This document shows positions 50,451 to 60,846 of a DNA stretch of 64,000 nucleotides, piece by piece. How positions within the stretch are numbered: the stretch's first letter is position 1; the number at the start of each line of letters is the position of its first letter. This stretch comes from an uncultured Nitrospiraceae bacterium (lineage in GTDB: Bacteria > Nitrospirota > Nitrospiria > Nitrospirales > Nitrospiraceae), in NCBI GenBank assembly GCA_963846575.1, contig CAWJWJ010000002.1:1920001-1984000 (forward strand). The letters run 5' to 3'. The position numbers and the translations under genes were made by a program. A model generated the notes under the pieces. It was not told where the DNA came from and did not search any database. It saw only the letters and a program-made list of their open reading frames with translations.

Positions 50451-51929
50451 TTATCCGAAACCATCGAGCCACCTCTCGTCTTCGATGTGCCGTAGGCTCG
50501 GTGGGATCGTTTGCGCGCCGGGCACGAAGGGTTTCTCAGGCGGAACTCCCTCCAACGCACGAACCAGGATGGCAGTTTGATGCTCCGACGAATAGGACGC
50601 GCAAGCCTTGGGGTCTGGTACCAGCGAAAGCAACTCACCATTGGCCCATTTCTCGATCAGGTTTTGCAAAACCGCCACAATCTCCGGCACTGAATCGACA
50701 TCCGCCACGGTTTTTGCACCAACACGCTCCAACACTTGTCGTGTCTCGTCCAGCGGCACTATCCCGACGATGGGCCTTCCAGCCTTTAAATAGCCAAATA
50801 GCTTGGCACCGGCGAATAGTTCGTAGCCCGGTATGGTCGCCTTTCGGCCGAGCACGAGAAGTGCGTGCGATTCCCGTTGCAGACGATTGATTTTTTCATA
50901 GGACATCCAGCCTGCAGTTTCGACGATGTCGGTTAAACCAAGACTTGTAGCCTGGGCAGCCAGCGGTTCCATTCCTTCACCGACAAACACACACCGCAAT
51001 CGTTTGGCCAGCCCTGGGTCAGACTCTTTTAGGACGGTGAGCGCTGTGAGCAGCGTGTCGTAGCGATAGTCCGGAAGGGTGCCGGCATAAAGAAGAGTGC
51101 ATCGGTCTCCGACCGATGACACGAACGGTTCGATCGGAGCTTCATACCCATTGGGAATGATGTAGACCTTCGACGCCTGGAGTGCGCCCTTATAGGCCCG
51201 CCAAAAGCATTCGGCCTCGCTCTCATATCGGAACACTACGGCCTGCGCACCCTTGAGCAACCCATACATCGTTCGGCGGACCTGGCGTCTCGCTGATTTG
51301 GACTTTTTGGCCTCGAACTCAGTGCAAGTCACCGTCCAGGCATCATCGAAATCAAGAATGTAGGGAACACCAGTCCGTTTTGAAACCATCTGTGCAATAA
51401 AGAATGCCGAGAGTCGCCCTGCGTTGGCCCAGATCACCGTCGGTCGCTGGTGGGCGCAGGCCTCCAGCGTGGCCCGCACGGCATGCCTGATCCAGGGCAT
51501 GGCCATATCCGGATGATACCACCAGGCCTCGGCTGTCTGGACCATTGCTCGAACCCGTGACCGCAGATTGCCGGACGTCACCTCATGCCGGTTTTGATCA
51601 ACCGCCGCCAGGTTCCTGGACTCTTGTATTTGAATTCTTCGAGCTCTCCAGGACTGAAACCTTTGCCACCAATCATAGGCCCTGACTCGAATGACTTTGG
51701 TTTCATCCGGCACCAATGCCGTGAGTTTTGGATCATACCGCTCGTATTGACTTGGGATCGCGGAGATCACCTGCACACCCCATCCCATCTTCGGCAGCTG
51801 CCGGACATGTCGCAAGGTCCGATAGGACGTGGCAGACCCTTCGGGAGGAAAGGGATGCGCAATCATGACGATGTGCTTCATGGTTTTGTCTCTGGCTGAG
51901 ATGGACACTGAGCCTCCGGAAAGCATCAC
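50451..51929 (-). CDS. GT4-like glycosyltransferase
   Basis: FPPEG...R, DFDDAW, IPNGY, YAGT, AKLFGYL.AGRPI motifs. Confidence 0.8.
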   Translation of the reverse strand: MMLSGGSVSISARDKTMKHIVMIAHPFPPEGSATSYRTLRHVRQLPKMGWGVQVISAIPSQYERYDPKLTALVPDETKVIRVRAYDWWQRFQSWRARRIQIQESRNLAAVDQNRHEVTSGNLRSRVRAMVQTAEAWWYHPDMAMPWIRHAVRATLEACAHQRPTVIWANAGRLSAFFIAQMVSKRTGVPYILDFDDAWTVTCTEFEAKKSKSARRQVRRTMYGLLKGAQAVVFRYESEAECFWRAYKGALQASKVYIIPNGYEAPIEPFVSSVGDRCTLLYAGTLPDYRYDTLLTALTVLKESDPGLAKRLRCVFVGEGMEPLAAQATSLGLTDIVETAGWMSYEKINRLQRESHALLVLGRKATIPGYELFAGAKLFGYLKAGRPIVGIVPLDETRQVLERVGAKTVADVDSVPEIVAVLQNLIEKWANGELLSLVPDPKACASYSSEHQTAILVRALEGVPPEKPFVPGAQTIPPSLRHIEDERWLDGFG

Positions 51930-52747
51930 GTACGGGCGCGGGCGAGGAAACCTGAGACGCCGGCTTTCGGGAAAAAGCGCGTCGCGAGACCTGGCGTGTA
52001 GTTTAAGAGAAATGCCTTGCCGATCCTCTTAATCGGGCTTGCAGGGACCGTGCGGTCCGTCGCTTGATACCACGCAACCAGCTCCAATCCATTCTTTGAT
52101 AACAATTCTTTGATTTCACTCTGCACAATCTCAAAAATCATGTGTTGGTACGGAGTGAATACCGAACCGCAGTCGGGACAGCACACAAAGCTCGCCTTTT
52201 CACTCAGAGGGACAGATGCCAGGTAATACCCTCCATCCCTCAATACTCTTCTCACTTCGGGGAAGGACCCGAGGAAGGTCTCCGGAAACGTATGTTCCAA
52301 GACCTCAGTACAGGTCAGCAGATCTACACAATCATCTTGCAGCGGGAGACGGGTGAGTGATCCAACTTGAAAATCAATATTTCTGGCCTGCTGAAATCTC
52401 GACCGGGCCGTCACTAGGGATGCCTCGGACACGTCGATTCCGGTAGACTTCGAACTCGGGTAGGTTTTGACGAGACAATCGATAAGGTTCCCATTGCCGC
52501 AACCTACATCGACGATCCTTGACGGTGTGCTACGAATCTGCAAACGAGCCCATGCGAGAAGATCCTTCCAGTATTCAATTGGATAGAATTGTTTCTGCAG
52601 AGCGCCATTCGTGGTCCAGATGGTCCAGAACCGCTGAATGCTCTCAGGGGACCACACATGATAGCGGGAGAGTGTGGACCGGCCAGATTTTCCGGAGAGT
52701 GCCTCTTGGCCGTCTAATTCATTCACAATATCGTTATAGAACTTCAT
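51926..52747 (-). CDS. Class I SAM methyltransferase
   Basis: VDVGCGNG, CTEVLEH, RRVLR.GG, CPDCG motifs. Confidence 0.85.
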   Translation of the reverse strand: MKFYNDIVNELDGQEALSGKSGRSTLSRYHVWSPESIQRFWTIWTTNGALQKQFYPIEYWKDLLAWARLQIRSTPSRIVDVGCGNGNLIDCLVKTYPSSKSTGIDVSEASLVTARSRFQQARNIDFQVGSLTRLPLQDDCVDLLTCTEVLEHTFPETFLGSFPEVRRVLRDGGYYLASVPLSEKASFVCCPDCGSVFTPYQHMIFEIVQSEIKELLSKNGLELVAWYQATDRTVPASPIKRIGKAFLLNYTPGLATRFFPKAGVSGFLARART

Positions 52748-52905
52748 AGTCTCCAGCCATTCCAATCCGTAGTTCGTGGTCTTAGCGACGTGGTTCCTAA
52801 CTATCAGGCTCACGCATTCCAGAACCGAAGGGGGTCTGGCACTGAGCCAGTTAATACGCCTCGGACAGAAGGGTTACGTAACACGCAGTCACGGAAGGGA
52901 AACGG

Positions 52906-53898
52906 TCATAAACAGCCAACTCTTCTGGCAATTCTGACCGTAGTATTGAGGGGGTTCAGCCCTATGTCCAAGGCCTTCGCAAGTACGGCTCTCATAATGC
53001 GCGGGATGCTCATAGAAAACCCGAGTCGTTTGAGGGTCGTCCTATGATAGGACCAAAACCCTTTCGCCCGATTGCGAAACACTTTCGAACCCATGAACGT
53101 GTAGTAGCGATCCCACATCTTCCGGGTTTCCCGGTTAAACTCATCGGGACTGAGATAGTCGCGACCATATTTGAATAGGGTTTCGATCTCAGGAAGAAAC
53201 ATACAAATCTCGTCGAATCTGCTCGCGTTCTCTGGAAACACGCGCGAATAGGTCAGCACCTGGTGCACAAACCCAAAGTCCCGATCCCGCAGGACATCGA
53301 AACAGGCCTCCGAATCGGCGTGAAAACTCGCTTCGTTGTAGAACATCGGGCGGCTCCTCACGACATCGGCAGCGAACAGCACCGTCGTCGGTGTGCCGAA
53401 CACATTGGGGCCACCGAGCAACGTCTTCCTTCCCAGCTCTTTTCCATTGCTCACAGTACTCGGATAGGACAGCCCGTTGCAGATCACCGCGTTGTCCCTC
53501 AAGCTATAGGCACCGACTATGCCCACGTTCGGATTCGCCTCAGCCACTTCGACCATTTTCTCCACACATTCAGGAAACAACCAGTCTGGGGCATGCACCA
53601 TTTTGCAATATTTACTGTCCGCCGGAATGAGGCGGAAGGCCGTATTATGGTTTTCCATAATCGGAAGGAACTGCTGGGTCGTCATCACGCGGATTCGGGA
53701 GTCCTTTGCGGCGTATGAGTCGGCGATCTCCCGTGTCCGATCGGTGCTGCGATTGTTGAGGATATAGTATTGCCAATTCCGGTAGGTCTGAGCCAGGACG
53801 CTGTCGATGCACTCAGCGAGATACTTTTCGCCGTTGTATACCGGGGTGAGCACCGTCACTAACGGTTGATCAATCGCGTGCATAGTCGGAGGCCTCAC
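52906..53898 (-). CDS. GT2 glycosyltransferase
   Basis: TPVYNGEKYL.ECIDSVLAQTY, NN.STD motifs. Confidence 0.9.
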   Translation of the reverse strand: MRPPTMHAIDQPLVTVLTPVYNGEKYLAECIDSVLAQTYRNWQYYILNNRSTDRTREIADSYAAKDSRIRVMTTQQFLPIMENHNTAFRLIPADSKYCKMVHAPDWLFPECVEKMVEVAEANPNVGIVGAYSLRDNAVICNGLSYPSTVSNGKELGRKTLLGGPNVFGTPTTVLFAADVVRSRPMFYNEASFHADSEACFDVLRDRDFGFVHQVLTYSRVFPENASRFDEICMFLPEIETLFKYGRDYLSPDEFNRETRKMWDRYYTFMGSKVFRNRAKGFWSYHRTTLKRLGFSMSIPRIMRAVLAKALDIGLNPLNTTVRIARRVGCL

Positions 53899-55442
53899 TT
53901 GTTGGCGGCAATGTAGAGCGCCGAGTCGCCAGTAAATGGAGCTGTGAAGGTTCGAACGCCGCCGCCGGTTGCGGTGCCGCCTGAGGTAGTCTCACCTGTT
54001 CCCACATTGAACCACTCGATCGCGAGGGATCCGGAAACGGCCGACAGGTCGACAGTGACCATCTTTGCTAAGGCTTCTTTCTGAAGGACGAAGCGAAGAA
54101 CTTTTCCCGCCCATGTCCGCCACAGCGATCCATAGTAGTCGACCGGAAGGTAGACGAGAAATTCGGTGTCGCCGTTGGTCAGGCAGTAGCCGGACGATGC
54201 AATCTTCGTGGAGGGCGTCATAGTGGCGAGCGGCATTCGTCGCGCAAAGAGTAACGTCTGACCCATGGCCCGCCGTGTGGCATCCCACACTTCACGATTC
54301 TCGCTCTTCATGTATCTGTTGAACTGGGGCTCGTCGAAGTCCATGAAAATGGGATGATACCCTCGCGCGAAACTTTTCCAGATCCATTCCGGAGTGCCTC
54401 CGAATCCCCAGAGATGGTCGGTATCGGCCAGCACGACCTTGCGTCCATCGGCAGGCGGCGGAGAAATTTTGTAGTGGTAATCCTTGGCTTGTACGCCCAG
54501 CACCGACCATTCGTTCGGCGACACCCAATCGGCTGGACTGTCGGCGAGTTCCGCATTCTCTCCATCCGGATACTCCACGGTCATGCCCACGGGATGTTGT
54601 TTCGGCTTCCCAGCCTCATACCGCTTGATGTATCGAATCAAGTGGTATTGCCATTCCTGCGAGTCACGATGACTTTCGTTGCTGATCTCGTACAGGACGT
54701 TATCAAGGTCGTTCACCGTGTCGATGACTTTTCTGACATAGGCCTCTTGAATCGTCGTGACGGCGGCGGACTTAAGCGTATGCACCTCCTTGCCCTCCCC
54801 GTCCTGATCGAGATCTCCCTCTATGCCGTTCACGTTGTTCTTGACATTGTATGGGTGTCCGGGCCACGGATTGAGACGATCCCCTTTTCCCTCAATGCTA
54901 AATCCTTGAAACAGCATGACCGAGACATAGATCTCGTGATCCTGTGCCGACTGCACTCTGGACCTCAGCCGATCAAAATACTCCTGATTCAGTTTGGTGA
55001 GATCAAACTTAGGCTGGCCGGAGCGATCGTTTCCAGGCCCCGTACGCTGATAGGGCAATGGATTGTCCGGCCACTTCCCCTGCGATGCAGGCACCGCGGA
55101 ATGTTCCCAAGCCCACAAACGAAAAAAGTTATGGTTATTTGTCTTGAGACGATTGAGATACCCCGCGTAGTCGAAACTCGCCTGGTCGCTCCAATCCTGC
55201 AGATTGTTCCAGACGTGGGAGCCGGTCAGGTAAATGGCCTGTCCCGTTCCGTCGGTAAAATACCGCGGGTTGGACGCAAGCACTTTTAAGGGACCTTTAC
55301 CAGGCAGAGAGTGTTCCTGCGGGATGGGAGGCGCTAAGGCCGCGCTGCCGGCAAAGCCGTCCGTGACTGTCAGGGCGATACTAAGGCCCACAATACTCAC
55401 GACGAACGCTCTCCGCTTACTGTCGGGTTGGCAAACGGTCAT
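53895..55442 (-). CDS. Secreted glycoside-hydrolase-like protein with C-terminal 'collagen-binding'-like domain (DUF4038/DUF6298-like)
   Basis: Signal peptide, NPRYF, LTGSH.W, YFDRLR.RV, YEISNE, DTDHLWG, EWFN..TG motifs. Confidence 0.65.
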   Translation of the reverse strand: MTVCQPDSKRRAFVVSIVGLSIALTVTDGFAGSAALAPPIPQEHSLPGKGPLKVLASNPRYFTDGTGQAIYLTGSHVWNNLQDWSDQASFDYAGYLNRLKTNNHNFFRLWAWEHSAVPASQGKWPDNPLPYQRTGPGNDRSGQPKFDLTKLNQEYFDRLRSRVQSAQDHEIYVSVMLFQGFSIEGKGDRLNPWPGHPYNVKNNVNGIEGDLDQDGEGKEVHTLKSAAVTTIQEAYVRKVIDTVNDLDNVLYEISNESHRDSQEWQYHLIRYIKRYEAGKPKQHPVGMTVEYPDGENAELADSPADWVSPNEWSVLGVQAKDYHYKISPPPADGRKVVLADTDHLWGFGGTPEWIWKSFARGYHPIFMDFDEPQFNRYMKSENREVWDATRRAMGQTLLFARRMPLATMTPSTKIASSGYCLTNGDTEFLVYLPVDYYGSLWRTWAGKVLRFVLQKEALAKMVTVDLSAVSGSLAIEWFNVGTGETTSGGTATGGGVRTFTAPFTGDSALYIAANK

Positions 55443-55449
55443 AGGAGAG

Positions 55450-56181
55450 TCACCTCTCCCCACTCACTGATGACGAGGCCGTAACAGCGGCCCTGGTCAT
55501 GGTCTTTAATTGACTCCGCGATTTGATGACTCGAGCCGGTGAGCCGACGGCAACAGCCCCGGCCGGGACATCATGTGTGACAACCGATCCGGCTCCGATC
55601 ACTGCCCCTTTGCCGATATGGACCCCGGACAAGACGATCACTCCGAACCCCAACCACGCATCATCCTCCACCCGGATTTTCCCCTTGGTCTGCAGGGGCT
55701 GTTGTCCGATGAGCAGGTCCGGTGCCACGCCGTGATCATACGAGTAAAAGGCACAGCCGGAGGCAATGTGCACGCCAACCCCAACCTCTATGGGAACGAG
55801 GCAAGCCGTGAACTGACATCGTGGTTGAATATGCGTGTTCGCTCCGATGCGAATCGCGCCTCCCTGCGCCGTCTGAAGATGCGAATCGCCAAAGATGTGC
55901 ACTCCATCCCCCACTTCAATGGACCCGCCGTCTTCGTCCTGGAACAATACGACTCGATCTCCGATAAAGACGTTGTTTCCCAGTTGAACATCCGGGCCGT
56001 GCAGCGTCGCCTGGAGCGACAGATACCCTTTCGGGTTGAACCAGGCCAGGCAGGAACGTCCACGGTCGGGCGGTACGAAACGGGTCGCACACCAGGTGGC
56101 ACACCGTCCGACCGGCCAGACCCACGCCCACAACATGCAAAAGTGAGCGCAATCCAGGGCCAATTTCCGCAACGTGTACAT
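55450..56181 (-). CDS. Hexapeptide-repeat O-acyltransferase
   Basis: LbH repeats, DHG, VEDDAWLG...GVHIGKGAVIGAGSVVTHDVP..VAVGSPAR. Confidence 0.88.
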   Translation of the reverse strand: MYTLRKLALDCAHFCMLWAWVWPVGRCATWCATRFVPPDRGRSCLAWFNPKGYLSLQATLHGPDVQLGNNVFIGDRVVLFQDEDGGSIEVGDGVHIFGDSHLQTAQGGAIRIGANTHIQPRCQFTACLVPIEVGVGVHIASGCAFYSYDHGVAPDLLIGQQPLQTKGKIRVEDDAWLGFGVIVLSGVHIGKGAVIGAGSVVTHDVPAGAVAVGSPARVIKSRSQLKTMTRAAVTASSSVSGER

Positions 56182-56271
56182 CAAGGAAGATCTTCTGGAT
56201 GGGCGATCGAAGGCCGATTGACAACGGAACGGCCTCATGAACAGGCAATACATCCCGGCAGCCGAGTACGT

Positions 56272-57624
56272 CTATCCGTTGCACTGCCCCTGCGGCACCA
56301 CTCCAAGCCCCTCCGCCGCACCAACCTCAGATTGCGTCTCCCATCTGCAAAACGGCCGAATGACTCCCGGCACTGCATAGGGCCACCCGCCACGGGCCGA
56401 TTCTTCATCGTAGGAGTCGACGACATGAAACGCGACAACATCCCGCTCGTAGAAGTGGCAATGCTCCGGATTGAGCGTCCAGATCGCCACGCCGACAAAC
56501 ATGGCGCCCTCGTTCAACAGATCGCCCGGGATCCATCCGATGCTGACATAACGCCCTGCTGGCCGCGCCCGTCGTCTCCACGTGCCGTCTGTGTCCTGTG
56601 CGGAGAACAAATGCACGCCTTCACCATTGTGCACACTGAAACAGGGATGAAAAACATGGCCTCCCTTGAGCACTTCGTACTCGATCTCGACCCCCAGCGG
56701 TTTCCGGATGTCGACGAGGTCCGTGGTCTGACCATCTTCGGTACGTGTCCGCACCGCACAGAGCCGCACCACATCGCTTCCCGGGGCCCTCACCGGATCA
56801 TCCCATGCCCGCAGTTTGGTGTTCCCTTCACTCGACGATAGGTACCGGGTCACCATCTGGCCCGCCGGCCCATCACCGACCACGCCCCCGGCATCAAGCA
56901 AAATGACCCGTTGGCAGAGGCGCGTCACGGCTTGCATATTATGGCTGACAAACAGGACCGTCCGGCCTTCCTTGGCCACGCCCTCCATCTTGCCCAGGCA
57001 CTTCTTTTGAAACGCCGCGTCCCCGACCGCCAGCACTTCGTCCACGATGAGGATCTCCGGTTCAAGATGCGCCGCAACCGAAAACGCCAGGCGCAGATAC
57101 ATACCGCTGGAATAGTGCTTCACGGGCGTATCGATGAACTTTTCGACCTCCGCAAACGCCACGATTTCGTCGAATTTGGAGGCTAGCTCCTCCCGTTTCA
57201 TCCCCAGGATGGCACCGTTCAGCTGAATGTTCTCTCGCCCCGTCAGTTCCGGATGGAACCCCGTCCCCACTTCCAAGAGCGAACCCACACGTCCATACAG
57301 CGATACTTGTCCCAGGGTAGGCTCGGTAATTCGCGACAGGATTTTGAGCAGCGTGCTTTTACCAGCGCCGTTGCGGCCGATGATGCCGACGACCTCTCCG
57401 CGACGAATGTCGAACGAGACATTTTTAACCGCCCAGAAGTCTTCATCAGACGAGGGGCCGACGGCCACCCGGCCACGAAGCAGTCCCTGCAAGCGATGGA
57501 GTGGCGCTCGGAATGTTTCGGTGATCGTGTCGCGCAGGGTCGCATACCGTTGCGGCTGCCGTCCGACACGATACTGTTTCCAGAGTTCCTCTACCCGAAC
57601 CGCGAGATCAGCCATGCGTTTCAT
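56272..57624 (-). CDS. wzt: Polysaccharide ABC exporter ATPase with C-terminal Wzt_C-like domain
   Basis: GRNGAGKSTLLK, GTGFHPELTGREN, YSSGM..RLAF, DEVLAVGD.AFQKKC motifs. Confidence 0.93.
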   Translation of the reverse strand: MKRMADLAVRVEELWKQYRVGRQPQRYATLRDTITETFRAPLHRLQGLLRGRVAVGPSSDEDFWAVKNVSFDIRRGEVVGIIGRNGAGKSTLLKILSRITEPTLGQVSLYGRVGSLLEVGTGFHPELTGRENIQLNGAILGMKREELASKFDEIVAFAEVEKFIDTPVKHYSSGMYLRLAFSVAAHLEPEILIVDEVLAVGDAAFQKKCLGKMEGVAKEGRTVLFVSHNMQAVTRLCQRVILLDAGGVVGDGPAGQMVTRYLSSSEGNTKLRAWDDPVRAPGSDVVRLCAVRTRTEDGQTTDLVDIRKPLGVEIEYEVLKGGHVFHPCFSVHNGEGVHLFSAQDTDGTWRRRARPAGRYVSIGWIPGDLLNEGAMFVGVAIWTLNPEHCHFYERDVVAFHVVDSYDEESARGGWPYAVPGVIRPFCRWETQSEVGAAEGLGVVPQGQCNG

Positions 57625-58490
57625 ACCCTGTCAGAAAAGGTGACTTCCATTCGTCGGAAATACAATGCACCGGTGATCAGAACGAGTACGCTAGCGACCA
57701 CGGACACGATGAGCATGGGGCCAGGCGACGTCTCGGTTCCGAGGAGGGCCCACCGAAATCCTTCCACGACACCGACCATTGGATTCAAGCCATATAACGT
57801 ACGCAATGGCTCCGACAGGAGACTGCTCGGATAGGCGATCGGCGTGGCAAACAACCACAGCTGGGTGAGGAACGGGATTACGTAACGCACATCACGATAC
57901 TGAACGTTCAGTGCGGAAAGCCAAAGTCCGATCCCCAAGGAGGCGATACAGGCCAAAGCGAGGAACAACGGCAACCAGAGCACGGCGATGGTCGGCACAA
58001 TGCCGTAGTACAATATGAGCGCGACCAGCACCAGGAACGAACAGAGAAAATCTACCGATCCGGAAATCACGCTCGCGATCGGCACGGCCAAGCGCGGAAA
58101 ATACACTTTCTTCAACAGACTGGCGTTTTCGACGAGACTCCCCGCCGACTGGGTGATCCCGTTAGAGAAGAACATCCAAGGCACTAGTGCCGTGAATACG
58201 AAGAGCGGGTACGGAATTCCATCCGACGGCATCTTTGCCAACCGTCCAAAAAACAAGCTAAAGAGCACCATCGTCATCACCGGCTGAAGGATGGCCCACG
58301 CCACACCTAGCGCCGTCTGCTTGTAGCGAACTTTGATATCCCGCCAGCAGAAAAAATACAGCAGTTCGCGATAGTCCCATAGATCCTTCAGGCCAAGTTG
58401 TTGCCAGCCTCGCTTGGGACGAAGTATAAGCAGCGGTTCCTGGACCATAGGCCCTGCTGCAACTCTTTCCAGTTTGACTGTCTGCTCCAC
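57621..58490 (-). CDS. wzm: Polysaccharide ABC exporter permease
   Basis: RDIKVRYKQT.LG..W, KVYFPR, YRDV, ATPIAYP, LNPM motifs. Confidence 0.93.
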   Translation of the reverse strand: MEQTVKLERVAAGPMVQEPLLILRPKRGWQQLGLKDLWDYRELLYFFCWRDIKVRYKQTALGVAWAILQPVMTMVLFSLFFGRLAKMPSDGIPYPLFVFTALVPWMFFSNGITQSAGSLVENASLLKKVYFPRLAVPIASVISGSVDFLCSFLVLVALILYYGIVPTIAVLWLPLFLALACIASLGIGLWLSALNVQYRDVRYVIPFLTQLWLFATPIAYPSSLLSEPLRTLYGLNPMVGVVEGFRWALLGTETSPGPMLIVSVVASVLVLITGALYFRRMEVTFSDRV

Positions 58491-58577
58491 GGATTCACCT
58501 CGACTGCTGTCTGACTATGCTCATCACGAACCGGCTGCGATCCATACTGAGGCGGTTCACTTTATCTCACGGTTTCG

Positions 58578-59924
58578 CTATTTCCATTTCGCCGTCAGTG
58601 ACAGGATGACGACATCGCGCTGCACTTCAAACGGCTGGCCCGGCTGTGTCAGCTTAAAGTCGCTGTAGCTGTAGTTCAGATCCAGCATCATGGTCCGGGT
58701 CAGGTAGTATTTGAACCCTGCTATCGCGTTGATGTTCTCAAATGTGACGGATTTCCCCGGGACCGTTTCGCTATACCCGTAACTGACACTGCCCTCCAGA
58801 CTGAATCGCTTGGACAGCCGCTGCGTCACGGCCAGTTGTGCCACGTTGCTGATCGTCGCGCCCCCCACGATAAAGAAGGAAGGCGCTGCACGGCGGGATA
58901 ACTCGAGACGGAGAGACGTTGCCCGTTCAAGGTTGGTCGTAATTATCAGCTCGGCACTCGGAAACCCCTTGCTCGCAGGTTCAATCAGAGTAGCACCGCC
59001 CTGGAATGTCACCGTCCACTCAGGCATCACGCGAGTGTACTTTGCCCACAGCTCCTGAGTGTTGTATTCGACCTTCTGCCCACCGCTGGTCAGGGTCTGT
59101 GTCACGAGGCCTTGTTGATACGAGAACGACAGATAGTCGACTGGAGTAAGGCGGTAACTGGGACCAAGAGACCAGCTGTGTATGTTGGTGTCAAAGAAGG
59201 CCGCGCCGGTGCTACTGAGTACGAGAATCGACCCGACCCTGAAGGTTGAGAACGAGTAGCTGCCCTGCAAACCCAAACCCCGGAATAATGGATAGTCGCC
59301 ATTCACCGAGGCTGTGTTGGAAAAAGTGTTGGCTCGAAATCCCTGGATACCTCTCAGAAATGGATCGTCGATACTCTGGGGTCTGGTCCCTGTGAGAAAA
59401 CTGGGTTGCTCGGGCGTATAGCGAAATCGATCGGCTATGAGTAAATGCGCCCCCTCCGTCAGCCGTCCGGCCCATCCATCCAACTTGGCATAAGCCTCGG
59501 CCAAGGTAGAAAAATAGTTCAAGCTTGTATTGTAGGCATAAGCGTTTGCATCTGCTCCGCCCAGTAGACTCGCCTCGACATCCCGAGTTTTATGAAGAAC
59601 CTGGACTTCGCCCGCAATGGTGGACACGAAATCACTCGGCCGCTGACCGGGAGGGAGGAGTTCCGGCGGCGCATAAAAGACGTTCGAATCGTAACGTCCT
59701 GACGCTGTCACTGCCGGGATGATCTTCGTGTCGGCAGACACTGGACCAGGCTGCACTGCGTCAATACCGAGGGCCATTCCGCACGCGAGGACCGTCACCC
59801 GTCCGAGCCGATGGACAAAAGCCGCTGTGGTCCCTCTATGCCTCCACGATGCGATCACGGAAACCGGTATTGTGCGAAGCTGCCTACCCGCCGGACCCGC
59901 TAGGCGGGAGATGTTACATGACAT
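58578..59924 (-). CDS. Outer-membrane beta-barrel protein of the polysaccharide export system (start uncertain)
   Basis: YDSNV motif, alternating amphipathic strands, aromatic C-terminus (LSLTAKWK); adjacent to the OPX genes. Confidence 0.75.
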   Translation of the reverse strand: MSCNISRLAGPAGRQLRTIPVSVIASWRHRGTTAAFVHRLGRVTVLACGMALGIDAVQPGPVSADTKIIPAVTASGRYDSNVFYAPPELLPPGQRPSDFVSTIAGEVQVLHKTRDVEASLLGGADANAYAYNTSLNYFSTLAEAYAKLDGWAGRLTEGAHLLIADRFRYTPEQPSFLTGTRPQSIDDPFLRGIQGFRANTFSNTASVNGDYPLFRGLGLQGSYSFSTFRVGSILVLSSTGAAFFDTNIHSWSLGPSYRLTPVDYLSFSYQQGLVTQTLTSGGQKVEYNTQELWAKYTRVMPEWTVTFQGGATLIEPASKGFPSAELIITTNLERATSLRLELSRRAAPSFFIVGGATISNVAQLAVTQRLSKRFSLEGSVSYGYSETVPGKSVTFENINAIAGFKYYLTRTMMLDLNYSYSDFKLTQPGQPFEVQRDVVILSLTAKWK

Positions 59925-60204
59925 GACAGCCGCACAGGCTCCGGGAATTGTATCGTGGTAGACCTCGAATAGCAGCCGAACCTCAGTTCGGTCAGCTACC
60001 CTCTTTCAAGAACATCCGGAGGGCGTCGGAGAGGATGCGCAAGAGATGATGCGACCGGTGTCCTGGCCGAGAACCGGCAGACAGCGTTAAAAAAACCGGA
60101 CCTAATGCCTGGAGTCGAATCGCTTGGAAAGTCCGATCGCTCGCACTCGATCTTCGAGGGGGCAGGCCTTCGAAGCACCTCCGAGGAAAGTCTTGCCTGA
60201 CCGG

Positions 60205-60819
60205 CTACGGCACGATCACGGTATCGCCGGAAAGCAGAATAATGTTCCCCGGCTCTCCCCGTCCGACCAACAGATCGTCGTAACGGACAGGGATTCTCGT
60301 CTCATGAATCTTATTGTCGCCATTCATCCTGGTGCGAACCACTTGTAGATTGTTCTTCTTTGCGTATTCCGTAAAACCGCCGCCCATGGAAATGGCCTGT
60401 AACAGGGTGACATACGATTTGGCCGGGTATTTGCCGGGTTTAGTCACCTCTCCCAAGACAAAGATTGAATAACTATTGAGTTCCTTCACGCTCACTGACA
60501 CAGCAGGGTTTCCTGCCACGAACTGCTTCAGGCGCTCAGAAATGCGATGAGACAAGCCGTCAGCTGTCAGGCCGGATGCCTGGACGTCGCCAATGATCGG
60601 CATCGAGATCAGTCCATCGGGTCGAATCGACGTCGTCCTCGACAGATCCGCATTTTTCCAGACTGTGATCTCCAGTACGTCCTCGGGACCCAGCATAAAC
60701 CCGCCGGGAGCGTCATAGTTCCGCTCTTGAACGATCGACGTACATCCGAGAGCCGTGGTGCCCATCAGGGCCACGGCAAGAACAGCCAATTTCAACTTAC
60801 TGTGCCGTAGTATTTTCAT
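60205..60819 (-). CDS. Short OPX/Wza-family polysaccharide export lipoprotein
   Basis: Lipobox ALGC; LGPEDVLEITVW..DLS...RPDG.IS.P, VLGEV..PG, GDTVIVP motifs. Confidence 0.9.
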   Translation of the reverse strand: MKILRHSKLKLAVLAVALMGTTALGCTSIVQERNYDAPGGFMLGPEDVLEITVWKNADLSRTTSIRPDGLISMPIIGDVQASGLTADGLSHRISERLKQFVAGNPAVSVSVKELNSYSIFVLGEVTKPGKYPAKSYVTLLQAISMGGGFTEYAKKNNLQVVRTRMNGDNKIHETRIPVRYDDLLVGRGEPGNIILLSGDTVIVP

Positions 60820-60846
60820 GCTATCTCTGCCTGGTACTCTCTTTCG

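Noticed and set aside
55573..56841. Long plus-strand ORF (422 aa) and similar antisense ORFs such as 6689-7603, 44162-44971 and 54354-55289
   Set aside because: They overlap well-supported minus-strand genes and lack motifs; typical shadow ORFs of GC-rich DNA.
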